This document shows, in pieces, positions 1 through 10,418 of a stretch of DNA of 64,000 nucleotides. The position numbers were made by a program, and so were the translations under genes. Numbering within the stretch: the first letter of the stretch is position 1; the number at the start of each line of letters is the position of its first letter. This DNA is from a virus (Duplodnaviria > Caudoviricetes): IMG/VR virus record IMGVR_UViG_3300021387_000125, positions 2,762-66,761 of that record; one strand, given 5' to 3'. The notes beneath the pieces are model-generated. The model saw nothing but the letters and a program-made list of their open reading frames with translations. It did not search any database and had not been told where the DNA came from.

Positions 1-803
1 AGATTAGCTATAATATCAGCTATTGTTGTAGCATTCCATTTAGTGCTATCCCAAGTTCCTGTGGTATCTGCATTTGCTATGTAAAGCACTCCGTCATTGA
101 AACATAAAGCATCTTTGCTATATTCAACCTCGCTATCATATTCTCCCGCTATATTCTCTATGATTTGTTCATCAACTAATTCCAGAGCATCACTAATTGT
201 TCCATCTGTTATCCATTTGGACGTATCAAATGCTCCTGTAACTCCGTTTTCTTTACATACGCATAAGTAATAAGGTGATTCAAAAACAAGGTCGCCCTTA
301 TTGTATATTTCAGAACCATCATATTCTTTTGCGATATTGTTCCTTAACAATACTATTCTTATGCTATCCCAATTAGCAGTTATCCATTCTGTATTAACGA
401 ATGTTCCAACAGTTGCACTATCTGACGCACATCTATAGATACTGCCTCTATATGATACTAAATCATCCCTTACATAACTTGATGTAGCACGCCAATCTGA
501 TGCTAACAATTTGCTGGCATAATCAGTAATTGTTACTTGTGTCCATTTTGAACTATCAAAAGTACCTGTAGTTCCGCTAAATGCATTGCATTTATATAAT
601 ATTCCATTATATATGCACATATTACCTGTATAATATGTTAATGAACTATCATATGTGCTTGCAAAATTATCTCCACCTAATAGCGTTCTTAACACGCTTG
701 CAAGTATCTTAGTAGTGCCACCCGTAGCACTATCTTTTAAAAGCCAATCGTCATTCGATATTGTTGTCGATGCTGTGTGCTCTATTATTCGCTTGTTCGC
801 CAT
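1..803 (-). CDS. Tail fibre/receptor-binding protein with repeated CBM5/12-like (chitin-binding type 3) modules; truncated by window edge
   Basis: Not in ORF track. Manual translation from ATG at 803 (GAGG RBS): MANKRIIEHTAS...; four modules of type Y..GD.V.YNG..Y.C....GTFD.SKW; follows the minor tail gene. Confidence 0.75.
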   Translation of the reverse strand, partial: MANKRIIEHTASTTISNDDWLLKDSATGGTTKILASVLRTLLGGDNFASTYDSSLTYYTGNMCIYNGILYKCNAFSGTTGTFDSSKWTQVTITDYASKLLASDWRATSSYVRDDLVSYRGSIYRCASDSATVGTFVNTEWITANWDSIRIVLLRNNIAKEYDGSEIYNKGDLVFESPYYLCVCKENGVTGAFDTSKWITDGTISDALELVDEQIIENIAGEYDSEVEYSKDALCFNDGVLYIANADTTGTWDSTKWNATTIADIIAN

Positions 804-826
804 CTTTTATTACCTCGCTTTCTTTA

Positions 827-2875
827 TTAATTAGAACTAGGTCTATTTAAAAAACCTGATGCTGACAACCACCAGTCTGGTGCTATTACAACCGGAGCTC
901 CATAACCCAAATAATATGAAGATGTCGGGGTGAGAAGCCCGGGAATATATATTTTATAAGCATCAGATGGACGAATATAAAATAAAGGTGTTGGGTTATC
1001 CTCTACAAGCTGTTTATTATTAAATCCAGACATTATTACCTCATAAGGTTCTAACCCTGTAATTACAATTCCACTCTCATTAGGACTTAAATACCCCTTT
1101 ATATTTTTACCACGACCTGGACGTACATACCCTCGTGCATCCACATAACCTCCATCTTCAAGTAATTTATTATATGCTCTGTCTGTCATCATATAATGTA
1201 AACCCGATACAGTTCCCGTAAAGTTTAATTCTGTACTGTCGATTGTAGCTAAACGAGAACAGTTAATTTGATTACTAAACGTACGAAAAACTGATGTGGG
1301 TGGCGTTTCATCCTCCTCAGAGTATTCCAAGTGACAAAGTATGTAAGATGCCTTATTGGAATATGTCAAAACATCATCAGGAAAAGTTAGCGATGGAAAG
1401 AAATGTGATTGTGATTGAACATAAGATAAATCCTTTTTAATATCATTTATATTTGGACTAATCTGTGTTATAAATTCTTGACCCTTAACTTCATATCCAT
1501 TATTATCAAACTGAATAGTATCGCTTGTAATCTCAACCTTATTAGCCTTAAATTTCATATAGGTTTCATCAACTTCATCACTACCTAATTCTGCAACACC
1601 TACATTACCATTCGCATCAACTTTCATTACAATTTTTTCTGCTGTCTGCTGAAATTGAGTAGCAGTATCTTGTTTAAAGTCTGCATAATCAATAGTAAAC
1701 GTATCTATATCTTTTTTTATTTGAGCAATTTTATTTCCGTTGATGATACTATCATTCATATCATCTACATCATCACTTAATGTAATTCCATTAGCATAAG
1801 ATGAAATAGTCTCCTCAACCAGTAATGAGCCAGATAATTTATCCTGCATTATGATGGAATACCCATTTGCAGTATATACTATATCACCAAGATTATATGA
1901 CATATCCGACATTATCAATTTAAGTGTTGCTGGAGTATATGATATTGAGCTGATACTATTTAATAAATTAGTACATATCGTTGTTATTTCATTTGCGGTT
2001 TTATCAAGTAAAAATACGTTTCCACATATCTTATATACATTGTCAGCAGTACCTACTAATTGAGCTAACTCATCACTTGTATCATATACACCTACACCTG
2101 TTATATAATCAGTTTGGTAATCTTCCCAAATGCTATTAAGTCCTTCTGTATTATTTCTTATATCGTGAGTATGAATACCGAGTAAAATAAACTCCATATT
2201 ACCATCACCATTGATATTTGGACATATAGCTTGAAGAGTGCATACCATTTTAAACACATCACCAAAATTAAGTTTTGACACAGCTCCGCTAAATGTATTG
2301 GATATAGTTATATTATCATTTACAAAACTTCCAGATGTTGCTACTGTCACACCTATTTCTGATAATAATGCAGTTCTAAATGTAGCAAGAGTTACACTTG
2401 TATTATTTTCCCAATAAGTATTCCACCAACTTGCAATATCAATAGTTCTATCAGTATAAGCTCTATCATAAGCAATTAAATCTCTATAACTTGTGGTTAT
2501 ATCTGTTTTTGATGAGTCTATATATCCTGTAAATAATTTTTTTGATGCACTTACTGTTGATGGTGTTGTTACTATATTATTGTTATCACTATCTATAATA
2601 TAGTTATTATCGCTATCAATGAGTTTATTGTATACTACATTATCATAGTCAAGTGTAACTACAACCTTGCGCCCATCTAAATTTACATCTAATCCAAATA
2701 TACGCACTTCGAATTGATTGGCAAAATAATTTCCTAAACTTAATTCATTTTGCATTATTTTACGAGTTATGTTAGCAGAGGCGGTTTGAATACCCCAATC
2801 AGTATCAATCTTATTATCATATTCAACCGCTGTATTTGTGCTATTATATATTTGTATCTGTAAAAATCTACTCAT
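827..2875 (-). CDS. Minor tail/baseplate hub protein
   Basis: 682 aa, two genes after the tape measure, just after the Dit-position gene; call is mainly positional. Confidence 0.6.
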   Translation of the reverse strand: MSRFLQIQIYNSTNTAVEYDNKIDTDWGIQTASANITRKIMQNELSLGNYFANQFEVRIFGLDVNLDGRKVVVTLDYDNVVYNKLIDSDNNYIIDSDNNNIVTTPSTVSASKKLFTGYIDSSKTDITTSYRDLIAYDRAYTDRTIDIASWWNTYWENNTSVTLATFRTALLSEIGVTVATSGSFVNDNITISNTFSGAVSKLNFGDVFKMVCTLQAICPNINGDGNMEFILLGIHTHDIRNNTEGLNSIWEDYQTDYITGVGVYDTSDELAQLVGTADNVYKICGNVFLLDKTANEITTICTNLLNSISSISYTPATLKLIMSDMSYNLGDIVYTANGYSIIMQDKLSGSLLVEETISSYANGITLSDDVDDMNDSIINGNKIAQIKKDIDTFTIDYADFKQDTATQFQQTAEKIVMKVDANGNVGVAELGSDEVDETYMKFKANKVEITSDTIQFDNNGYEVKGQEFITQISPNINDIKKDLSYVQSQSHFFPSLTFPDDVLTYSNKASYILCHLEYSEEDETPPTSVFRTFSNQINCSRLATIDSTELNFTGTVSGLHYMMTDRAYNKLLEDGGYVDARGYVRPGRGKNIKGYLSPNESGIVITGLEPYEVIMSGFNNKQLVEDNPTPLFYIRPSDAYKIYIPGLLTPTSSYYLGYGAPVVIAPDWWLSASGFLNRPSSN

Positions 2876-2883
2876 ATAAACCT

Positions 2884-3315
2884 CTAATATTCAATAAATT
2901 TAATCGTGGTTTCTTTATACTTAATGCTTTTGTCTGTTATTTTTAGAATATTGTAATCTATATTTGGAACATAGAAATAACCTGTTTTATAAACATTTTC
3001 TTCATCATCCCAATACTGCAATTCTATTTTTCGCTGTATTCTATTTTCTTCAATATTCTCTATCCCGCTATTAAGCCAATGTTGAAATTCTATTTTTTCT
3101 TCTAACCACATTGGGCGTAGTTTAAACTCAATAACGGATTTCATACCACTAGCTGTAACACGAGTTAAGTCTCTAGTATTGTCATCACGATATGCTTTTA
3201 TTTCTTCTCGTTGATTAGGAGTTGCTTTATAGCTATCGTATTGAATAAACTTTAAAGGTAATATTGTATTTGTTAATACTGCTTTTATTAAGTACCCTTG
3301 AAATACTGATGGCAT
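2884..3315 (-). CDS. Distal-tail-position protein (DUF6711-like)
   Basis: 143 aa directly after the tape measure gene; resembles small Clostridia-phage tail proteins. Confidence 0.55.
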   Translation of the reverse strand: MPSVFQGYLIKAVLTNTILPLKFIQYDSYKATPNQREEIKAYRDDNTRDLTRVTASGMKSVIEFKLRPMWLEEKIEFQHWLNSGIENIEENRIQRKIELQYWDDEENVYKTGYFYVPNIDYNILKITDKSIKYKETTIKFIEY

Positions 3316-3327
3316 TGTTTATCTCCT

Positions 3328-6300
3328 TTAATAATTATACTTTATTCCTGTCTGTTTGTATAGTTTCTTACTTTCATCCCAAACTACTTCTGCAACTACT
3401 CTTCCATCTAATTGTAGCATAATTGGAGCATTATTACTATTTTCAAGATTATCTATTCTATTAAGAATACTCTCAAGTAATTGTGCTATCTTTGAATTAT
3501 CCATAACTTCAATAGTAGACTTCATAAATGCATCTGTTATAGGAAGTATATTACCGTTAGCTATAAGAGGTATAGGTGTATCAACTAATTTGTCTGTAAT
3601 CATAGTAGCCATCTTGTCAAGCCAACCTAAGTTTCTCTCAAGTGGTATAACTGCTTCTTGACCCGCCTCACCGGCTACAAACATAGTTGCTGTATCTACG
3701 ATACCACCTCGTGCAAGTGTAGGAATTAAGTGGTTCTTTAATATAGGAACTTTCTTAAACTGAGTATTGATTTTGTTGATTACATTATTATTAACCCAAC
3801 TCTTTAAGTCACTTGCTGCCGCACTGAATTTAAGTGAAAACTCTGCTGTCTTACCTTTCCAAGAACTATACAAGTTGCTTATCTTAGTTTTCCAACTATC
3901 TAATGTGCTTTGTGCTTTATCAAAAGTGGTTTTGAAGTCTGCTGTTTTACCTGCCCAAGCACTCTTTAAATTACCTATCTTTGTCTTCCAATCATCTAAG
4001 CTAGTAATTTTACTAATTGCACCACTAAGTGTTGCTTTAAAATCTGCCACTTTATCTTTCCAAGTATCTCTTAATCCGGACATCTTGCTCTTCCAAGTAT
4101 CTAAGTCTGTAATATGCTTAATTGCTCCAGATATAGTAGCTTTGAAATCAGCGGCTTTGTTTGCCCACTCTGTTCTAAGATTTGCCATTTTTGTCTTAAT
4201 GGTATCTAAGTCTGTAATCTCTGAAATCTTACCACTGAGTGTAGCTTTAAGGTCTGCTGCTTTATCTTTCCAACTATTCCACAAATCTGTGACTTTTTCT
4301 TTCATACTGGAAATATCTGTAATCTTTGAGAATATTCCGGAAAGCTTTGCTGTAATTGTAGCTTTGATATTCTTAAATGTTGTTTTTATTGTACCCCAAA
4401 CTTCTTCAAATGTTTCAAAGTCCACAAGTGATGTGAGTCCACCTGCAAACGTAGATGTAATATTAGTAATTACGTCTAATACTGTACTATCTTCATCTAT
4501 TCCGAGAAGTGATTTGATACTAAAGTTTCCTATTGACTCTGTAATCTTATCTTTAATATCACCAAATTTCTCTTTAATCTTGCTAACAATCTTGTCTTTA
4601 AGCTCACGTATCGTTGTAGCAATATTAGTAAATGCGTTCTTAAATCCGGTTAGTATTCCCTTGAGTATATCTTCACCATATATGTACATCTCTTTTGCTG
4701 GTGAATTTATACCAAAGACTTTCTTGAGTGCGGCTACTACTGCTTTGAAAAATGCCCTTATCTTTTCTTCTATTGTATCAGCATTTGCAAAGTCTTTAAG
4801 TAGTCCATCACGTATATCTTTACCCCACGTGCTCCACGCTTCACCAGTTATTAGTTCTTTGAGTTTAGTGAGAATGTTATATAGATTTGTAATCTTTGTT
4901 AATACAGTACCTACTGTAGTACTATCTAATATCGAGAATTTATCAGACTTCATTCCCAATAATGATTTTATTTCATTTATCTTATCTCGTAGGTTTTCAA
5001 AATATTCTATTGTGTCCTCATCTGTCAAGAAGTCTAATACTGTAGAAAGAGCTTTGAACTCCTCTTTGATAATAGGTATAAGAGGTTTTAAGTCCTCTAA
5101 AGCTGTCTTAACTCCCTCTAAGAATACATCAAGTGCAAGGTCTATAACTTTACCTATATCCTCTGTTAAACTATCCCAATCAATGTCATCAAGATTGTCT
5201 TTTACTTCATCAATAAAATCTGCAACCTCTTCTATAAAATCTGGAAGTGTACTCTCAAGTATTTTCTTTGAAATTGGTAAAATAATATTCTTATAAATGT
5301 AATAAGCAATAGTTTTAATTGAGTCAATAATACCCTTAATAGAACCTAATATTGTATCTATACTCTCTAATAGTGGATAAAAATCTAAGCTCTCTGACCA
5401 CTCTTCTGTAGCTTCTGTAATATCATTTATAAAATCTGTAATGCTTTCAACAATATCTAATATTGTCTGCATTATGCTGTCACCAACTCCAGCTTTTTCC
5501 CAAGCGGTTGTAAAGTTTTCAGCAAAGTTCTTAATTGTATTATTTATGTTAGTAACTGATTGTAGTATATCCTCTACAATATCTACACCAGTACCACTAT
5601 TCCAAGCTTTTCTCCAAGACTCTTGAACAGTAATTATCATATCATTTATAGCTGTCCACATCTCAAAGATACTAACAACTAAATTATATCCGTTATCATT
5701 ACGTTCCCAAGCCTCTTCTATTGCGGTTGCTACATCTCCGATAGTCAGTAAAATTTGTTCAATTACACCTAAACAACTCACTAACCAATCATAACCGTAG
5801 CCCTCTGTGAATACTCTATAGAAAGTATCGCCGACAGTTGATGCAAGTGATTTGATTGAACTAAGAGCGTATTCCGCCGCATTAATAACGTCCTCACCTT
5901 TAGTTTCCCAAGCACTCTTAAACACATCCCATATATCTGATAGTTTATCAGCAAGTGAACTAGATGTTACTTCTACCTCTTCCCAATTCCAAGCACCACT
6001 ATCAGATGAACCACCTCCACCAGAACCACCAGAACTAGAGTCAGAGTCTATAACTATCAAATCATCATACTCCGCTAATTCTTCGTTGGCTTCCTCTGCG
6101 GCTGAACCAGTTCCACTAACACTATCTGCTACGCTTTCGTTTCCAGCTACGGCTTTCTTATATGTGCTTGAACCAGTAAGTAAAGCAAAGAAATTAGCTA
6201 AAGCGTTCATAGCCGCAGTAAGATAATTAATAAGTGTTGAAAGTGCTGGAACTACATAGCTGAATATAGGCTGAAAAGCACTAACTAAACTAGACTTAAA

Positions 6301-7344
6301 CCCACTCCAACTATTCTTTAATGTATATACATCATCCGCTACATCACTAAATTGTTTTGACATCTCAGACAATCCAGTTGATATAACAGTTCTTAATTTC
6401 TTATATAACAGAAAAATACTTCTAATACCAAAACCATACTTTAATACAGTTGTGAGCATTTTCTTAAATGAAGTGTTGTGTCTAGTGCTCGTTGAATTAG
6501 ATTGATTTCCTAAATCTCTTAATTTACCTATCAATCCAGAAACTTTGTTTTTTACAGTATCTAGCGTACTACGACTCTTACCTAGATTATTATTCATTCT
6601 ATTAGCAGATGAGGCCGCAGTATATATGCTGTTGCTCATATACTGAGCTTGCTGTTGAGCATATGACATTTGATTTGCCATATCTTTATATTGAGCTGTT
6701 TCTGTACCAGACATAGTAGCTGTTCCGGTAGTTTCCATTTCTCGTTTTCTTGCGATTAGCTCTTCGTATGCTATTTCTAGTTGCTTTACTTCGTTTTGCT
6801 TTGTTGTAAATTCGCTGTTGTGTGCATACTTTTGACCAGCTTCTGTTAAAAGTTGTTGATATTGTTCTGCTTCTTTTAATTGATTTTCGTACTTAATTAC
6901 TTCGTTTACCTTGCCGTCAAACTCCTCAGTATCAACTTTACCCTCTGCAACTAATTGACCGTAGGCATCACGAGCATTTTCCAAATTTATTTTAATGTTT
7001 TTTATTTCTTCTGAAATATAATCATACTGCTCTGTGTGTAAAGTAGTTGACTCAAATTGACTTAAAGAGGACCTAGCATCTTTAAGCTGACTTGATACTT
7101 GTTTTATTTTGTCATTAAGATTTGAGTACTCTGTTGTAGGCACACGCTTATTAGCTAATTCTGACATTGAACTAGCAAGCTTACTCATTTTATTTGTAGT
7201 GTTCTGTAGATTAAGTCCTAATTTCTGAACTTTTGTATCTGCTGAATTAATAGCCTTTTGGGCGATATTACCAAAATCTTGTATAGAGCTTTTTGCTTGG
7301 CTACTATCAAAGTCAAGTTTTAATGTTATATTACCATCAGCCAT
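3328..7344 (-). CDS. Tape measure protein
   Basis: 1338 aa, helical/coiled-coil, Trp-periodic repeats, C-terminal LARGGIV motif; follows the tail chaperones. Confidence 0.92.
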   Translation of the reverse strand: MADGNITLKLDFDSSQAKSSIQDFGNIAQKAINSADTKVQKLGLNLQNTTNKMSKLASSMSELANKRVPTTEYSNLNDKIKQVSSQLKDARSSLSQFESTTLHTEQYDYISEEIKNIKINLENARDAYGQLVAEGKVDTEEFDGKVNEVIKYENQLKEAEQYQQLLTEAGQKYAHNSEFTTKQNEVKQLEIAYEELIARKREMETTGTATMSGTETAQYKDMANQMSYAQQQAQYMSNSIYTAASSANRMNNNLGKSRSTLDTVKNKVSGLIGKLRDLGNQSNSTSTRHNTSFKKMLTTVLKYGFGIRSIFLLYKKLRTVISTGLSEMSKQFSDVADDVYTLKNSWSGFKSSLVSAFQPIFSYVVPALSTLINYLTAAMNALANFFALLTGSSTYKKAVAGNESVADSVSGTGSAAEEANEELAEYDDLIVIDSDSSSGGSGGGGSSDSGAWNWEEVEVTSSSLADKLSDIWDVFKSAWETKGEDVINAAEYALSSIKSLASTVGDTFYRVFTEGYGYDWLVSCLGVIEQILLTIGDVATAIEEAWERNDNGYNLVVSIFEMWTAINDMIITVQESWRKAWNSGTGVDIVEDILQSVTNINNTIKNFAENFTTAWEKAGVGDSIMQTILDIVESITDFINDITEATEEWSESLDFYPLLESIDTILGSIKGIIDSIKTIAYYIYKNIILPISKKILESTLPDFIEEVADFIDEVKDNLDDIDWDSLTEDIGKVIDLALDVFLEGVKTALEDLKPLIPIIKEEFKALSTVLDFLTDEDTIEYFENLRDKINEIKSLLGMKSDKFSILDSTTVGTVLTKITNLYNILTKLKELITGEAWSTWGKDIRDGLLKDFANADTIEEKIRAFFKAVVAALKKVFGINSPAKEMYIYGEDILKGILTGFKNAFTNIATTIRELKDKIVSKIKEKFGDIKDKITESIGNFSIKSLLGIDEDSTVLDVITNITSTFAGGLTSLVDFETFEEVWGTIKTTFKNIKATITAKLSGIFSKITDISSMKEKVTDLWNSWKDKAADLKATLSGKISEITDLDTIKTKMANLRTEWANKAADFKATISGAIKHITDLDTWKSKMSGLRDTWKDKVADFKATLSGAISKITSLDDWKTKIGNLKSAWAGKTADFKTTFDKAQSTLDSWKTKISNLYSSWKGKTAEFSLKFSAAASDLKSWVNNNVINKINTQFKKVPILKNHLIPTLARGGIVDTATMFVAGEAGQEAVIPLERNLGWLDKMATMITDKLVDTPIPLIANGNILPITDAFMKSTIEVMDNSKIAQLLESILNRIDNLENSNNAPIMLQLDGRVVAEVVWDESKKLYKQTGIKYNY
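3931..4365 (-). repeat. 35-aa (105 bp) tandem repeats in the tape measure protein
   Basis: KATLSG..S.ITDLD.WK.K...L...W..K.ADF units; Lys codons at 4248, 4143, 4038 and 3933 are exactly 105 bp apart. Confidence 0.85.
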
Positions 7345-7347
7345 TAT

Positions 7348-7944
7348 TTAGTCCTCCTTTCCTTTATTCCATATTTCTCTAATATATGCATCTGCTTCAC
7401 GCTGTTCAACTGTAGTTCTATTCCAAACAAAGTAATCTGGGTTCTTTCGCTTAAATTCTTGTTCGTGTTTCTCAAGCTTCTTACCATCAACAATCTTACT
7501 TCTTATCTGTACAACTGTAGATAGTACAGACTCACCCACAGAAATATAATGTCCCATAAATGTCCACCAGTGCATATAGTCAACACTTCGTATTTCTGTG
7601 TTGGCAACTTTATTTATTGCGCTTGCTATTAGATGATTATCCTGCTCCCAATCGACTAACTTAGCTTGGCTTCTATTACCAACGCTTGTTTGCCCACAGT
7701 TGAAAAAGTTGTACATCTGCTCTATTGCGCTATTCCATTTTTCCTCTGTATCTAAATAATCAAATACGTTATCTAATGAAAAACCGTCGTAGAATATTAC
7801 TACGGCGGTCATCAACCTATTTCTTTTAGGTAGTTCTTCATCTTGTAATGCGGAGAAACAATCAAGTACCATTTTAAAATCTCCGTCATCTCTGATGCCA
7901 AACTCCTCATCTACTATTGTGAGTTTTGTTGGCAGTTCAAACAT
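7348..7944 (-). CDS. Gp15-like tail assembly chaperone (A118 gp15 family)
   Basis: I..DF..VL...DWEQD..LI.SA....MHWW.F motifs; lies before the tape measure gene. Confidence 0.8.
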   Translation of the reverse strand: MFELPTKLTIVDEEFGIRDDGDFKMVLDCFSALQDEELPKRNRLMTAVVIFYDGFSLDNVFDYLDTEEKWNSAIEQMYNFFNCGQTSVGNRSQAKLVDWEQDNHLIASAINKVANTEIRSVDYMHWWTFMGHYISVGESVLSTVVQIRSKIVDGKKLEKHEQEFKRKNPDYFVWNRTTVEQREADAYIREIWNKGKED

Positions 7945-8442
7945 TTATTTTGTTCCTTTTCTTTTGTGGTCTTGAGCTGTATATTTTTCAACTCGTTTCT
8001 TCATTTTAGCTACAAGTTTATTTGTTTCTTTTGTGATAGTATCACTATACAACTCAAGTAATGTATTAATAATAATTCCAAAAGCGTATTCACCATTATA
8101 TAAATCTAATACTGTACCAGAGCTTTTTACTACAGAGCACACATCATAATCAAAAATGTAATTAATACATTCTCTCATTTCAGCATCTATAGTTTTTATC
8201 TTCTCAGCAAAGACTTTAACTAACTCGTCTGGGTCATCTTGATTAATTTCTTTATTATCTTCATCATATACACTCATATATTCAAACTCTAGTTCATTCA
8301 TACGAGGTACGGTTTCTTGAATACGTGTAACTATTCCCATATCATTAGGATTAAGATACACTTTCATATCTGGATTATTATTAATTGTAAACTCTTTTGC
8401 GCCTAAATCAAGCACAATATTATTAGTAGTTGTTTTCGACAT
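7945..8442 (-). CDS. Tail assembly chaperone
   Basis: 165 aa between the major tail and Gp15-like genes; positional call. Confidence 0.6.
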   Translation of the reverse strand: MSKTTTNNIVLDLGAKEFTINNNPDMKVYLNPNDMGIVTRIQETVPRMNELEFEYMSVYDEDNKEINQDDPDELVKVFAEKIKTIDAEMRECINYIFDYDVCSVVKSSGTVLDLYNGEYAFGIIINTLLELYSDTITKETNKLVAKMKKRVEKYTAQDHKRKGTK

Positions 8443-8471
8443 TCTTTTTATCCTCCCAAATAAAAATCATA

Positions 8472-9020
8472 TTAACCAACTGATGCTGGTGTGAATACAA
8501 AATCGTCTGTAAGCTTATCTACAGTTCCAATAACTGGTGCACCTGTACTCTTACCGTTTGCGTCAAGTCCGTCATTTGACAGATAAACATCAATAGGCAT
8601 ATTTACATTTGAGTCTCCACCAATGGCTGTGTAGGCGATTGTACAACCGTCGTGCTTCTCGGCTTCATATGCACCTGCTGTACCAACAAAAGCTGTGATT
8701 ACATATATTGTAAACTGGTCAAGCTCTGTAGTAGCATTTCTACGTCTAATATCATTGAGCTTTGCACCGAGCTTTGAACCACCAAGAATAAGATATGGGT
8801 CGAAAGTCTGCTGTGGCTGAGTTCTATTAACATCTGTGTAGTTGATACCACGAATATCAGTAGTTGTCTCAATATCAGCATTGTACTCAATAGATGAGTC
8901 CTCTGTACGAGTACCGAGTATCTCTCTAACTGGAGTAGTTCCTTCTTTCCACTCTGCAACTGTGATTAACAGCTTACGTGCGGCTCTCTGTCTATTAGCA
9001 AGATTAAATTGTGTTGCCAT
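8472..9020 (-). CDS. Major tail (tube) protein
   Basis: 182 aa, acidic/Thr-rich, located after the tail terminator and before the chaperones. Confidence 0.75.
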   Translation of the reverse strand: MATQFNLANRQRAARKLLITVAEWKEGTTPVREILGTRTEDSSIEYNADIETTTDIRGINYTDVNRTQPQQTFDPYLILGGSKLGAKLNDIRRRNATTELDQFTIYVITAFVGTAGAYEAEKHDGCTIAYTAIGGDSNVNMPIDVYLSNDGLDANGKSTGAPVIGTVDKLTDDFVFTPASVG

Positions 9021-9034
9021 AACTCTTATCTCCT

Positions 9035-9520
9035 TTACTTATTATAAATTACTTTACTTCTATCTAAATACTCAATAACTATCGAAATGCTATACATAGC
9101 AAGAGGTGGAGTTATCTCTGTATTTATACCATTAAATCTTGGAGCATCTGTTGTTGTATCAATACTATCAATGGAACAATTATCTCCAAAATCTGGGTAG
9201 TTTCTCAAATCATCTTGGTCTACTACCCAATCAAGAAGTTTCTGAACATCTTTTAGTTCATCCACATTCTCGTTGTCGTAACCCTCTGCTTTAACTATTT
9301 CTAAGTCGGATATTGACTTGAATGTAATAAGATTGAATGTATATCTCTTTAATACACTACCATCAATATATGGGCTCGACATAGCTTTATCTTCTGCAGT
9401 TGTGAGCATTTGTATAGAATTATCTTTTGCATCAATAAGATTGAAATATAGAGGACTATTATAAATATCTTCGCATTGTAATAAATAGTTTATTACAGCT
9501 TTATTTTTATCTACACTCAT
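9035..9520 (-). CDS. Tail terminator/neck protein (A118 'minor capsid'-type)
   Basis: Position in head-tail cluster, 161 aa. Confidence 0.55.
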   Translation of the reverse strand: MSVDKNKAVINYLLQCEDIYNSPLYFNLIDAKDNSIQMLTTAEDKAMSSPYIDGSVLKRYTFNLITFKSISDLEIVKAEGYDNENVDELKDVQKLLDWVVDQDDLRNYPDFGDNCSIDSIDTTTDAPRFNGINTEITPPLAMYSISIVIEYLDRSKVIYNK

Positions 9521-9966
9521 ATTCCTCTCCTCTTACACTCAGACTCAAGATATTTAACTATCTCATTATCTAGTTCATTACTCTTTTGAGCCATCATTAT
9601 TTCAAACCAGAAAGATGTTTTACCATTTTGATAAGACAACATTCTTGATGTAGGATATTTTTTCATCCCCGCAGGTGTTCTAAATATTGGCGTTCCATCT
9701 GTATCATATCCCTTAAAATAGTTAGGGCCGTATACAACACCGTAGTATTGATAACGTGCATACTCTGTTCGCCACTGAATTTCTTTAGGACCTATTGCTA
9801 CAGAGTCTCTGAGATTACCAGTCTTATAAGGTACATATGGATAACAAAAATCTGCAACTATTTCATTCACATTTCTGTGTACTGTAGGTGAGTCTAAAAC
9901 AGACATTAACCAATTCTGTACTTGTGTAAAATTCTCGTCTGTCATTTTTAATCTCATCCAAGCCAT
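9517..9966 (-). CDS. Tail completion/neck protein (Minor_capsid_2-like)
   Basis: PYVP..TG.L..S.....Y...YARYQYYG motif. Confidence 0.75.
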   Translation of the reverse strand: MAWMRLKMTDENFTQVQNWLMSVLDSPTVHRNVNEIVADFCYPYVPYKTGNLRDSVAIGPKEIQWRTEYARYQYYGVVYGPNYFKGYDTDGTPIFRTPAGMKKYPTSRMLSYQNGKTSFWFEIMMAQKSNELDNEIVKYLESECKRRGI

Positions 9967-9968
9967 AT

Positions 9969-10418
9969 CTAAATACCTCTAACTAAATAATGCTCATTAC
10001 ATCTACCAGCTCCTACATTTATTGATGTTTCTTCTATACTCATACAACCTTGTAATTCTTTATACTTAGCTATAAAATCTGTAGACCTATGTCCACTTTG
10101 GTACTCATTTATCTCTTCGTCTACTTCACCTTTGACTATTATATCGCCTTTGCCTAGTGTGAAATACTCAGACATTCTATCATTTGGTGTATTAACCCAT
10201 TCGTATTTCTCAAGAAATCTATCGTCTTTCCTAATGCGACATATAATACTATTAGTCTCTAGTACAGTTTGTCCGATTGTAAGCTTCTCACCTACATACT
10301 TCCAAAATGCACCGTTGACTACTGTTCTATACCATCTGACAACTTTAGTCTGTGGGTCAGTAAACTTATTATATATAGTTATTGTGGTTTCCCACCACTC
10401 TGGGTATAAATTACTCAT
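9969..10418 (-). CDS. Head closure protein
   Basis: TITIYNK...W motif; head-tail cluster position. Confidence 0.6.
   Translation of the reverse strand: MSNLYPEWWETTITIYNKFTDPQTKVVRWYRTVVNGAFWKYVGEKLTIGQTVLETNSIICRIRKDDRFLEKYEWVNTPNDRMSEYFTLGKGDIIVKGEVDEEINEYQSGHRSTDFIAKYKELQGCMSIEETSINVGAGRCNEHYLVRGI

Noticed and set aside
1-2875. Diversity-generating retroelement acting on tail fibres
   Set aside because: No reverse transcriptase or TR/VR pair in the window
3767-5296. 509-aa plus-strand ORF and the many other plus-strand or nested ORFs in the track
   Set aside because: Antisense shadows of real minus-strand genes: no RBS, no recognisable motifs, Ser/Leu/Ile-rich composition
7940-7970. Programmed frameshift between the tail chaperone genes
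   Set aside because: No clear XXXYYYZ slippery heptamer; the second gene has its own ATG
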